Below are positions 24,261 to 36,460 of a stretch of 64,000 bases of DNA, in pieces. Position 1 is the first letter of the stretch. Every line of letters starts with the position of its first letter. Where the stretch lies: positions 112,904,001 through 112,968,000 of the forward strand of contig NC_086097.1 in assembly GCF_963921235.1 (NCBI RefSeq), in the 5' to 3' direction. The position numbers and the translations under genes are program-made. A model generated the notes under the pieces. That model was given only the letters and a program-made list of their open reading frames with translations, made no database searches and was not told the origin of the DNA. Source of the stretch: Mobula hypostoma. Its lineage: Eukaryota.

Positions 24261-24797
24261 TACCCTGATTATTTAATATACTTTGTAGATACAGTTACAG
24301 TTTGTGCATAATCAAAATTCTATATCATATTCAAAGGGACTAAGAGCAGAACCATGTTTTTATGTTGTTAATGAGATGCCAGCCTCACTGGTAAGACCAG
24401 CATTTATTGCCCATCCTTAATCATCACTGAACTGAGTTCTTTGTTAACCCACTTCAGAGGGCAGGTACAGGTCAATGGGTTTGCAGTTACAAATGAGCCA
24501 GACCAAGAAAGGGAGTTTATTTCCTTCTTGAAACATTCTCATAAACAAGTTGAGTTGTCATTATCGTTCGGCTATTTCGTCATTACCAAAACTGAATTTG
24601 ATTCTAAATTTACTTGACTAACTGAATTTAAATTCTTTTGCTGCTACTGTGAGCTCATAACCCTCATCACCAGTCTAGGACAATAGATTATTAATGCAGT
24701 AACATGAGAAACTTGCTGCCATGGGATTACCATTACTGGAGTTATACTGACTGGATAGATGTGTGTCCGGTGGGTTAATGTGTAAAGTATCCAATTT

Positions 24798-27620
24798 TCA
24801 AAGTTCAAAGTAAATTTATTATCGCAGTACTTGTATGTCATCATATACAACCCTGCGATTCATTTTCTTGCAGGCACACTCAGTATATCCAGTAAACATG
24901 ATAGAGTCAATAAAAGACCACACCCTACATGGTGAATAAATTTAGGGCAAATTCAACAAACTGTGCAAATACCAAAGAAATAAAAGAAGTAATAATAATA
25001 AATAAATAAACATTAAATATTGAGAACATGAGATGAAGATTCCTTGAAAATGAGTCCACAGTTGTGGAAACAGTTCAGTGATGGGGCAAGTGAGGTGAGT
25101 GAAGTTATCCCCTCTGTTGAAGGGTAATAACTGTTCCTGAACCTGGAGGTGTGAGTCTTGCGGCTCTCATACGTTTTTCCTGATGGAGGCAGCAAGAAGA
25201 CCTGGGTGGTGGGGGTCCCTGATGACGGCTGCTGCTTTCCTGCAACAATACTCCGTGTAGGTGTGCTCAATGGTAGGGAGGGCTTTATCCATGATGGACT
25301 GGTCCATTTCCACTATTTTTATAAGATTCTTCGTTCAATAGCGTTGGTGTTTCCATACTAGGTCAATAAGCTCTCCACCACACATCTAAAGAAATCTGTC
25401 AAAGTTTTAGATGCTATGCTGAATCTTCGTAAACTCTAAAGAGGCACTGCTGTGCATTCTTCAAAATTGCCTTTACATGCTGGGCGCAAGACAGATCCTC
25501 TGAAATAGTAACACTGGGGAATTTAAAGTTGCTGATCCTCTCCACCCCTGATCCCACGATAAAAACTGGCTCATTGACCTCTGGCTTCCTCCTCCTGAAG
25601 TCAATAATCAGCTCCTTGGTCTTGCTGACACTGACTAAGAGGTTGTTGTTGTGGCACCACTCAGCTAGATTTTCAATCTCCCTCCTATATGCTGGTTCGT
25701 CACAACCTTTGATTTAGCCAACGGCAATGGTGTCATCAGCAAATTTAAAACTGGCATTGCAGCTGTGCTGAGCTACAGAGTCATAAGTATAAAGTGAATG
25801 GAGCAGGGGCTAAGCACACAGCTTTGCGGTGCAGCTGTGCTGATGGAGATTCTGGAGGAGGTTTTGTTGCCAATTCAAAGTGACTGGAGCCTGTAAATGA
25901 GTAAACCCAAGATCCAATTGCACAAGGAGGAATTGAGGCCTTATTGATAAGCTTTGAGGGTATCATCATGTTGAATGCCAAACTGTGGTTGATAAAGTGA
26001 GAGGTTAAAGATCTGAGTGAACACAGCAGCCAGTCAATCAGCACAGGTCTTTAATACTCTACCAGGTACCCCATGTGGGCTGGATGCTTTCCATGGATTC
26101 ACCCTCATGAAGGATCCTCTCACGTAGGCCTCAGGTACTGAAATCATAGGGTCATCAGGATCTATGGAAGTTTGTGATGGGGTTCCTCCATGCTTTGATG
26201 ATCGAAGTGAGCATAGAAGGCATTGAGCTCACCTGGAAACAAAGCCCTGTATGTCTCTTGATTTCACTTGGTAATAGGTGATAGCATTGAAACCTGTTGA
26301 GCTTACTTCATTGATTCAAGTTTAGTCCAGAATTGTTCTGTTGCCCATCAGTTGGCTTTCTTGAGATTGTACCTGGAACTCTTGTAACTTTCTTGGTCAC
26401 CAGATTTGATTGCCTCTGGTCTGGCCCTCAGCAGATTGCAGATTTCGTGGTTCACCCATGGCTGCTGGATGGGCAAGACTGAATGATTTTGTGGGGACAC
26501 ACTCATCTATAACTATTTTTATAAAGTTCATGGTAAATGTGGTATATTCTTCCAGATCCAGAGATGAGTCCTTGAACACAGCCCGGTGTACTGTCTCGAA
26601 GCAGTCCCATTCCTCCTGCAGCACCTCTCTGTTGTCCTAATCTCTGGAGCCTTGCCGTCTAGACACTGCCAGTAGCAGGTAGGAGAAGGATGGCCAGATA
26701 ATCAGATTTACCGAAATGAGGCCTGGGTATGAAACGGTAAGCATTCCTTATTTTAGCATAACAGTGCTCTAGTGTGTTGAGACCTTTGGTGCTACAGGTT
26801 ATATGCTGAAGGAAACTGGGCAGGGATTTCTTCAAACAAGCCTGATTTAAATCTCTGAATATGATTTGAAATGTGTTGGAATGGACTATATCTTGTTTGG
26901 AGATGGCATCATGCAGCAGCTCAAGCGCCTGATTATAGTTGGCAATTGGTGGTTTGTAAACTGCAGTTAGGGTCACAGAAGAGAACTCTCTTGGTACATA
27001 GAATGGTTGGCATTTGATCATGAGGTGTTCCAGGTCGGGAGACACAAGTATAACAAAAGCGCCACATCGGAGCACCACAGAGATTATCATGAAACACACC
27101 CCCATATTTTGGCTTTTCCAAATCTGCAGTTCAGTCCACCCTATGTATTGAGAAGCCTTCGGGTCGGATTGCTCTAGCTGGTGTACACAGAGCAAGCTAC
27201 GTCTCAACACAACACAGACTGCGACAATTCTTCATTTCCCTATGATACTTGCCTTTAGGTCTTCAATTTAGTTCTACAATTGCTATCAAGATGCCTGGTC
27301 GAGGTGGCTTCATCCCTCTGCATTTCAACCTGGCTTGGAGTCCCCCAACACCACCCCCCCCAACCTCCTGCCTTGCTTCCGGCCATAGTAATGAACCTTC
27401 GTCCGCTTAAAGCTGCTGAACCTGCTTGCTTGAGAGTTAAGTCCGTCGAGTCCTTCAGAAGATCGTAAAATCTATAGTTCATTTTGCTGGTTCGAAAGTC
27501 CGTTGCTTAAAGGGAAATTACATGCTAAAGATTACAATGAGAGTAATTCAAAAGAGATACATTTAGAAGTTTTGTATGTAGCCCATAAAAGGTCGCCATG
27601 GTTCACTGTTGCCATCTTAG
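24798..27620 (-). mobile_element. Degenerate, internally deleted Rex1/Babar LINE spanning 5' end to 3' tail
   Basis: Endonuclease PDLEHLMIKCQPFYVPREFSSVTLTAVY.PP...HFGKSDY; RT remnants (AFNMMIPSKL, KFADDT); C-terminal TSRFRNSYYPST; ...tttgaactttga tail. Confidence 0.82.
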
Positions 27621-28859
27621 AATCAATTTTATGTGTAAAGTATCTTCCAAAAATTTTCAGTCATTTCCTTTGCAGCTGACAAGGGCTAAACATATCAAAG
27701 TTCTTGTTAAGTACTTTAGTCCTTAGTTGTACTTCTGAATGAAAATAATTCCAATATCATGAACTCAGAGTGGTAAGTGGTACTTGGTGGTTGAGGTGAA
27801 TGGTTCTGAAACATTTAAAGGAAAGGTTGGTAAGTGAGTGATGGAGAAAGGAACAGAAACACTTTTTGATAGGATGTGATGCATTAATATAGGAAAAGGA
27901 TGATAAGGAGCATAATTAACCCATTGAACCTGCTGGAGTGAATAGTCTGAATTTGTGCTGTAAAATGTGATATACTTCTGCGTACAGGTAGACCAACCAA
28001 TGTAGCAACTACTAAGGGTGTTCATCTCTTTCTAAAGCTGGCAATGTTCCAAATCAAATTGTTCTTCCTCATCTGTCCATGAATGCAATGGATAGCCAAG
28101 CCAAGGAACAATAACTAAGATCGTTATTGTTTGTCAACGTCCAACACACTGGGACAAAATCATTACCCATTTGTCACTTGCTGTTTTAACCTGAAGTTTT
28201 GGAGATGTGGTTGTCTGAGGTGGTCCTGGCTGGTTTTGAAACAACTCTAAGATGTGTGTAAGATGGCATTGTGACAGAACTTTGTCCAATCAAAGAAATG
28301 TTTCAAATTATGTGAGTCTCTTTACCCTTCTCTGTTCTCACTCCAGCCGTTGGATGCTTCAACAAAAGAGCTTTACTTGGGACTTTGGAAATAAATCTGG
28401 GCAATGGGGAAATTACTAAATCCCTCCAGACTGAATGATGACTAATGTCTTGAAAGGAAGAAGGTGCTGAATGCACCGCTAAGTATTTCATCAGTTCAAG
28501 GTATTTCTCATGTAAACGAATGACATAATAAAAATCATACTTTTATATTTAATTCCATCTTAAATATTTCCAGCTAGAGACACTTCTGAAGTAATTTCAA
28601 GTTGACAGTCAATAACAGTCCATAACGCCAATGCTAAGGCCATCAAAGGAGCAATATTTCAGTGAGATGCTTGCCCCCTCTACTTTGAACAACAGAAGAA
28701 TTACGCCTGGTATTCTGACAATCCTTTCCTTTACTGAAAATCAGGTTCAGTATCACAAAATTTGTTGTTTAGTGGCAGCAGTACGGTGCAATATGTAAAA
28801 AATCACTGCAAATTACATTAAGAAATATAAAAATAAGAGGTGATCGTATAAAGTGTTCA

Positions 28860-29225
28860 TCTAAGAAATGATGTGCTAGCATCGGAGAGGGTGTAGAGGA
28901 GGTTCGTCAGAATCATCCTGGGAATGAAATGCATGAGGAGCTTTAGATGGCTCCTGGCCTAAACTCGCTCAAGTTTAGAAGAACGATGGGAGATTTCATT
29001 GAAACCTATTGAAAGGCTTAGACAGAGTGGTTGTGGAAAGTTTGTTTCCTATAGTGGGGGGAGTCTTGGACCAGAGGGAACAGGCTCCGAATAGAAGCAC
29101 ATCCCTTTAGAACAGAGGTGAGGAGCCAGAGGGTGGAGGATCTGTGAAATCTATTGCCATAGACGGCTGTGGAGGACAAGTCAGTGGGAATATTTAAAGT
29201 GGAGGTTGATAGGATCTTGATAGGT
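28860..29225 (+). mobile_element. CR1 3' fragment
   Basis: Homologous to 20400-20780. Confidence 0.65.
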
Positions 29226-30662
29226 TCAGCCTCTTGTGATGCTGGCTGTTACCTTGGTTTCCTCAGTACACAGGACATGTTCTCCAGCATACACCAAGGG
29301 ATTTCAAGTCCCTTAAATTGAAATAGGAAACTTTTTCCTTCACCCCTGCAACCTCTTTTCCCCAGAACATACACAACAGGGCATCTGCCTTAAAGGGCAC
29401 AGTCTTAAAGTCACACATCTGTCTTCCCCATTAACATATGCAGCACGTTGCCACACCTGAGTTGAATTCAACTTGAACCTGTTGGCAACTCACAGCTCCT
29501 ACTTTAGGGCATATGTTTCAAAGAACTATTTCTCTCGTCTTTTTGGCGAACTTAAACATTTGATGAGGGATCCAATTAGACATAAGTAGTATACAGAGAG
29601 AGGGCTTATTTCTAAGCGAGAATCTCTGGCTGTTATTATATTTGTATCCATTGTGCAGAACTGACCCATCATTTCATTTACATTACAACAGTAGGTACAC
29701 TTCAAAAGGCAGTAACTTTGGGATCTGAAATGGTCCATTAAAATATAGTTTTCTTCATATATTCATAGAGATTAGTTAAATTTGTGTTTTTACATGACAA
29801 TAGAGCCACAGAATCTAAGAGGTTCACCATAAAAACTGCCCATTAAATCTGAATTGTATTGACTTTATTTCTTACATCCTTCAGATACATGAGGAATAAA
29901 AATCCTTACGTTACATCTCCATCTAAATGTGCAATGTGTAATTTATAGTAATTTGTAATAAATAGTATGTACAATTTGTCAGTGTGAATTGATCAGTCTG
30001 ATGGTCTGGTGGAAGAAGCTGTCCCAGTACCTGTTGGTCCTGGCTTTTATGTTGCAGTACCATTTCCCGGACGGTAGCAGCTGGAACAGTTTGTGGTTGG
30101 GGTGACTCAGGTCCCCAGTGGTCCTTTTTTCGCCTACTGACCCTATCCAAGAGCAATCAGCTACTCATCCCCTGCTTTTTAGCTCTGAGTTCCTTTCATG
30201 CAATTTTCCAGTTTCCAGCTTCTTTGGGAATGCCACGTTTGGATCTCTTCCATTAACATTCCAGATCCTCGGCATTCCTTGTGTAGAAATGATATTTTTC
30301 CTATAAATGATAATTCTGGTTCTTTACTGTTTCACCATTAGGGAGAGCTTTTCTATCTCCATGACCTCATCATAATCTCCTCTCTTCCAGGAGACAGGAA
30401 TCTTCCTCCTCAGTCCCCCCTCCCACACACCCTCCAAAGTCTATACGTATTTGTAACTAAAGTATCACTTTGGTAAATCTCATCTATATCCTCTCAATAC
30501 CTTTCAAACCTTCCCTACAATGTTTAGCCAGAGATAGGCACAATATACTGTACGTATTGTGGCAGAGGCCATGCTTTTGTAGGCTCATTATGAATGCCTT
30601 GCTTTGTACTCTATTCCTTCAATTGTAAAACCCAGGAGCAGTTTTTATTAGAAACTGCTTTT

Positions 30663-30980
30663 TACACTCAGTAGCCACATTTTAGATACACCTGTGCACT
30701 TGCTTGTTAATGCAAATGTCTAATCAGCCAATCATGTGGCAGCAACTTAGTGCATAAAAGTATGCAGATGGGGTCAAGAGGTTCACGTGTTCTTCAGGAA
30801 AACATTAGAATAGGGGAAGAAATGACTGAAGTGATTTTGATCATGGAATGATTGTTGATAACAAAAAGGTTGGTTTGAGCATCTCAGAAACTGCTGATAT
30901 CCTGGAATTTTCGTGCACTACAGTCTGTAGAGCTCACAGAGAATGGTGCAAGCAGCAAAAAAAAACCATCCAGTGAGCAG
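30663..30980 (+). mobile_element. Tc1-like element left end with decayed transposase N-terminus
   Basis: TIR tacactcagtagccac...; encodes a SDFDHGMIV...GLSISETADILEFS.TTV.R..REW helix-turn-helix remnant. Confidence 0.7.
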
Positions 30981-31069
30981 CATGCAATTTGCAAATTCTA
31001 TTTAATTGGAAGGGATTTTTTTAATGAAGTGATAGAGTGGATGATGGATCAAGTGTTGTTAGTAAGATA

Positions 31070-31670
31070 GTCAAATGCAAATGTTGGCATTTATTTCAAG
31101 AGTAATAGAAGATAAAAGCAAGGAGGTAACATTGAGGCTTTATAAGACTTTATCAGGCCGCACTTGGAGTATTGTCAACAGTTTTGGGCCCCATATCTCA
31201 GAAAGGATGCATTGTCATTGGAGAGAGTCCAGAGGAGGTTCATGAGGTTGGTTCTGGGATTGAAGGGGTTAACATATGAAGAGCATTTGGAGTTTGGGTC
31301 TGTTCTCATTGGAATTTAGAAGAATGTGCGGGGATCTCATTGCGGTGCACTAGATGTGGAGAGGATGTTTCCTATGGTGGGGGTATCCAGATTCAAAACT
31401 GAGGGGCAACCTTTTAGAACAGAGGTAAGGAGGAATTCCTTTAGCCAGAGAGTAGTAAATCTGTGGAATGCTCTACCACAGACTGCAGTGGAGGTCCAAA
31501 TCATGGGTATATTTAACATAGAAGTTGATAGTTTCCTGATTGGTCAGGGTATCAAAGAATATAGCGAGAAGGCAGGTGTATGGGATTGAGTGGGATCCGG
31601 GATCAGCCCTTATGGAATGGCAGACTCAATGGGCTGGATGACCTAATTCTGCTCCTATGTTGTATGGTAT
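31070..31670 (+). mobile_element. CR1 3' fragment
   Basis: RPHLEYCQQFWAPYLRKD and SFSQRVVNLWNALP motifs. Confidence 0.8.
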
Positions 31671-32204
31671 GGTGATAAGATGAATCTCAGGGTTGTATAT
31701 GGTATACATACTTCGATAATATATTGACTTTGAAGCTTTATAACTTGCTAAATACATGTGTCCAGATCTGGTGCTTCAAACCTAAATCTCAGGTTTTGGC
31801 AAATCTCATTTATTTGCTCTGCTAATTTGGCTACATAGTTTTTTCTTTCGAGTAGGTTGGGATATAAAATTGGTTTGCTGTCATGCCAATAGTGTGTAAT
31901 GATACTAAATTACTTTAGGTGGTTTGTACAGGACAAATAGAAGGAACAGAAAAACAGAAATTGCAAATGTTCTTTGGCAACAGCACATTCAGAAATACAG
32001 ATGCTCAAAGCATCCACAGCTACACTAAATCATTATACATAATTGAAAAAGATCGATATTCTCAATGATTTTATACTGATTTGAAAACTGGTGTATGAGT
32101 TTCTGAAATGGTTTAAAAGATAAACAGTGTATCAATCCAACAATCAAGAAAAAATTCAATATTAATAAACAACTTTGACAGAGAGGACAAAATGAAAGAG
32201 TTAT

Positions 32205-32315
32205 ATAAACACAAACAATTCTGCAGATGCTGCAAATTCAGAGTAACACACACAAAATGCTGGAGGAACTCAGCAGGTCAGGCAGCATCTGTGGAAAGGA
32301 ATAAAGACTCAATGC
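32205..32315 (-). mobile_element. PLE terminal-repeat fragment (hammerhead lost)
   Basis: ctgcagatgctg...cacacaaaatgctggaggaactcagcaggtcaggcagcatc matches the family terminus. Confidence 0.7.
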
Positions 32316-32373
32316 TTTGAACAGTTGAACTTGAGTGAGGTTCAACCTCAGAACTTCAAGGTAATGAAATCAT

Positions 32374-32453
32374 CAGGTGTTCCCAACTTTTTTTATGCTA
32401 TGGACCCCTACCATTAACCATGTGGTCTGTGGCCCCCAGGTTGGAAAGACCTG
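32374..32453. mobile_element. 80-bp hAT-type MITE
   Basis: caggtgttcccaac / gttggaaagacctg; reverse-complement homologue of 884-963. Confidence 0.65.
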
Positions 32454-33228
32454 ATTTATATTCACATGAGAAATGATTTGCGGAAACATATGGCCAGCAC
32501 AGTCAATGTTGCCCAAATTCCCAAATTCTAGATTCTGACTATGTCTTAAGAAAGTAGTGAAGGCAGGAACAAAATAAAGAAAAACGTAACAGGCATTGAA
32601 TCATCGCAAGCTTTGATCACACCGTTCTTCATCTCATCTGCATTGTTAGAAGCAATGTGGGAAGAAGTTTCTCATCCCCTCAGCAAGGGACTGACATATG
32701 ACAGGGGTAGATCATAGGGACAGAGAGGAGAAACCGTACAGACTTTGGAAAATTTGGTTATAATCAAATATAGATTCAAAGAAAAGTAAAAGAAGGAAGA
32801 AGTAAACAATTTTGCTCCACAGATTGATATCAAAATGATCCAAAAAAGTACCTGAATTTTAACTGCAAAATGAGAATCTAAACTAAAAGGTTAATATTCT
32901 CTTTTATTTAATATTTATATTCTATTGTAATGCTATTACAGTACCAGCAGCCCGGGCTCGATTCTGTGAAGAGTTTGACGATGTGGGTTTCCCCTGGGTG
33001 CTTCTGTTTCATCCTACATTCCACAGACATTCGGGTCAGTACCTTCATTGGTCACATGGGTGTAATCGGGTGACATACACTCATTGGGCTGGAAGGGCCT
33101 ATTACTATGCTGTGTCTCTAAATAAGTAAATAAATTCTAATTTTGAGTTTAAGGTAATCAGATTCAGTAGACAATCAACACATCAGTGATATAATCATTG
33201 TCAATTCAATAGTGAAACTCATCTTTAC

Positions 33229-33442
33229 CTTATTCGATCGCAGTGACACCCGTCCTCCACACCGAGCACAGAATTTTGTTTGGCAATATGAACAGATGTG
33301 GCCACAGCCATCGGCAAACTTGGTCTTGTGACAGATTCCACAGGTGGGTGCATCACTAGTCTTCTGTTCCTGTTGTTGCTGGGCTTCATCGCCCATCTTC
33401 TTTACCTGATCCTTGTACATCTCAAACTGCTGGTGCAATTTC
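33229..33442 (-). CDS. RIMS2: RIMS2 (RIM2-alpha) internal coding exon: end of Rab3-binding helix and first part of the zinc finger
   Basis: Translates to KLHQQFEMYKDQVKKMGDEAQQQQEQKTSDAPTCGICHKTKFADGCGHICSYCQTKFCARCGGRVSLRSNK. EMYK, KKMG, QQQQEQK, YCQT and SNK are RIMS2-type rather than RIMS1-type residues. Acceptor cctgcag|G follows a pyrimidine tract; donor AAG|gtaaag. Length 214 nt = 1 nt + 71 codons. Confidence 0.96.
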
Positions 33443-36029
33443 CTGCAGGCGGCAGAAGGACAAAAGAAGTCATTTTGGGAAAAGGAAATTAAAATGGTAT
33501 TTATCTGTATCTATCTTATCTCACCAGCTGCGTCCAAGAAGCCAGCAGATTTCCTAAGGCCCCAATCACTGACAGTCAAGTGTTAAACAGAGTGCAGTAC
33601 AATAGCAGCTAGCTTGCACCCCATCAAAAACATTGACGAGTATCCCTTTAAGTCTGAGAGTCAGTCAGAATTTAATCAGTATCAGTTCTATTTGAAATTC
33701 TTCACATTCATGTATGGCCTCAGTGTTTCTCCAATGTATCGAAGCAATTTATGTGAATAAAGAACACTGACAGCCAAATGAAATGAAAATCTGCTCTGCC
33801 TTCATCTGATAATCTAATATTATTTTATGCTGTATTTTCACTCATTAGTTTGCAGAAAATGAAGTGCTTGAACAAAGAATGGACATTAAAGAGATGAAGG
33901 CAAGCAAAATCCTACTTTCCAAAACTAGATATTGCCAGTTATGTTAGGGCAATGATGTTGCCCTGCGCAATTATTTCAAAGCAATGCTTTCAGAATATTA
34001 TTAATACAGTCAGATTCTGCATAACAAAGATGGGGAGAATAACTATTTTATTCTGCCAGACTTTGTTCAAAAACAAGCAGGTCAAGCCCAGACTTTTTCC
34101 AGTCAGTTAAAATGCATTAAAACAGCAACCTTTTGTGTGCCCTGGTAATGGTTAATATTATGCTGGCTTTTGCACCATTATGCAATTTAAATTATTTTAA
34201 CATGAAGTATACCACATCTGTGACCATTTCTAAGCTAAATCATAGGAACTGTGCAATTTGATCCTGCATGATATCATTCCCCTTGCAATATTCCTTTTAG
34301 GGTATCAGAAGGAAATTTGGATGACGCTGTCTTAGGTTGTCCTGTGATAACGTGATATTAGTCTTACATGCCATCCTGTGATGTAAAATGATTATCTAAT
34401 TTCAATTCGCCCCTCTGCCATGTCCCAAGTCCCTTCATTGGGAATCAGTGGAGGTATAATTTTATTGTGCTGGAGTGAGAATATTATATCAGGTGTGTCC
34501 TCCGAGAGGTACAGCTCTTGCAGATTCATCTGTGATCCCTCCAGTCTGTTTTATCCTTTCTTAGGCAGTTTCCTGATCCCCATCTTACCCAAATATTCCA
34601 ATCCCTTCACTTCCCCCTGCCCCGCCAACATCCCAGTCTAAGCTGCCATCTTCACCTACCAATCTCAAGCCCAAGACTTGATTTTTGAGGCAGTCCCAGT
34701 ATTCTGATTTAAATGACACAGTTTACACAATGTTGGTCATGCACATAAGTATGAGCTACTACCAAGCTTTAGTAAAATTCCTCTGCCTTCCTAATGACCT
34801 GTGTTGTAAAGCCGTGGAGGTGCTCGTTTCTATTCCTGAGTAATAATATTGGAATTAGATGTTTCTTCCTGGAGGTATATATCCTTTCAGATTTCTCTAG
34901 TAAATTTGGGAAATTCAGACATTTATTCTCTGTCATGTGCATTAAACTCGCAATTTACGAGAATAAGTTACATTCTCTGTACAATATTGCTGAATTCAAT
35001 GAAACAAAATTTCACAAGAGGACCACTAAGTACATGTAAAACCATTATAGTGTTGCTAAAATCCTGCTAAGATTGCAATTTTACAGACATTGTAAATTTC
35101 AGAATATTCAGCCACTTCTACAAAAAGGCCATTAGCTGACAAGCTAGCCCACGCATTCTTTGCTCACCGACTTTCTCACACACACAAAAAACCTCGCTGC
35201 TCTGGATGTCTAGCCCAGAAGGGAAAGGGAAAGAAACGGTACAGAAAAGTAGTCCCTGTGACCACATGGGCTCCTTCTGGGTGCTCTATATCCTCCCATA
35301 TTCCCAAGACACATGGGTTAGTGAGTTGTAGGCATGCTCTGTTGGTACCAGAACCCTGGTGGTATTTGTGGGCTACATTGCACAATCCATGCTGATTTGC
35401 TTTGACACACACGACACATTTTATTGTATATCTTGATGTACATGTGACAAATAAGAGTAGTCTTATTGTAAACCTTAAGTGTTCAGCATCTCCTTTTGTC
35501 CAATTCATTCCTTTGATCTACGCTGTGCTTTTGTGGCGCTGACATCCAAAATAGTATCATATGCAGATGTTATGATAAACCTCACACTTCTTCCTGTCAT
35601 GGTCCGGTCCGTGAAGTCCGTATTCCGGTTCACGGTCCGGTCCATCGACCCTTGCTCCAGGTTTTCCTGTCTACCCTGTTTCTGTTCTTGTTGAGCTCTA
35701 ATTGAGGCAGCTGATGCTCGTTGGGGCTGGTTGCATAAATACCTTCAGAGACCAGGGTGTGGCTGCTAGATTGTTCTTGTCCTTACTCCTTGTATCCCTT
35801 CCTCTGCATTCTGTTTCCTCGCCTGAAGCCTTGCCGGTAACTCTCGCCTCGCCTGAAGTTCTCGTTTCGCCTTGCATTGCCTGAAGCCTTGCCTTGCTTT
35901 GCCGGTACCTCTCTCCTCGCCTGAAATTCTCGTTTCGCCTTGCATTGCCTGAAGCCTTGTCTGGTCTTGCTGGTGACTCTCGCCTCGTTTCGCCTTCAGT
36001 CTTGTCCTGGAGCCACCCTGTACCTAGCT

Positions 36030-36393
36030 CCCTTCCTGTCCCTTACCTTCGCTGGGTTAGTCAGGCTGTCTTACCATTACTCTGCGGCTGGTTCTGTCCC
36101 TTCCTGTCCCTAGCCTCCGTCAGGTAAGCCAGGCCATATTGCAGTTACCAACAGTTGGTTCTATCCCTTCCTAACCCATGCCTCCGTCAGGAAAGCCAGG
36201 CCATATTGCTGTTACCTACAATTGGTTCTGTCCCTTCCTGTCCCTTGCCTCCATCGGGTAAACCAGGCCGTATTGCCGTTACCTACAGTTGGTTCTGTCC
36301 CTTCCCAACCCTTGCCTCTGTCAGGTAAGCCAGGGCATCTTGCCATTACCTGCGGTTGATTCTGTCCCTTCCTGTCCCTTGCCTCCGTCAGGT
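36030..36393 (+). repeat. 67-bp tandem repeat, about 5 units
   Basis: tggttct.tcccttcc starts at 36089, 36156, 36223 and 36290, and tgattct starts at 36357. Confidence 0.9.
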
Positions 36394-36460
36394 GGTGATC
36401 TGCACCCTGCCCAGGAGATCCGCGCCCTGCCCAGGAGTACCATGCACTTCCCAGGAGGAG

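Noticed and set aside
33175..33228. ORF extension VKMSFTIELTMIISLMC after SNK
   Set aside because: It is intron read-through past the GT donor at 33228.
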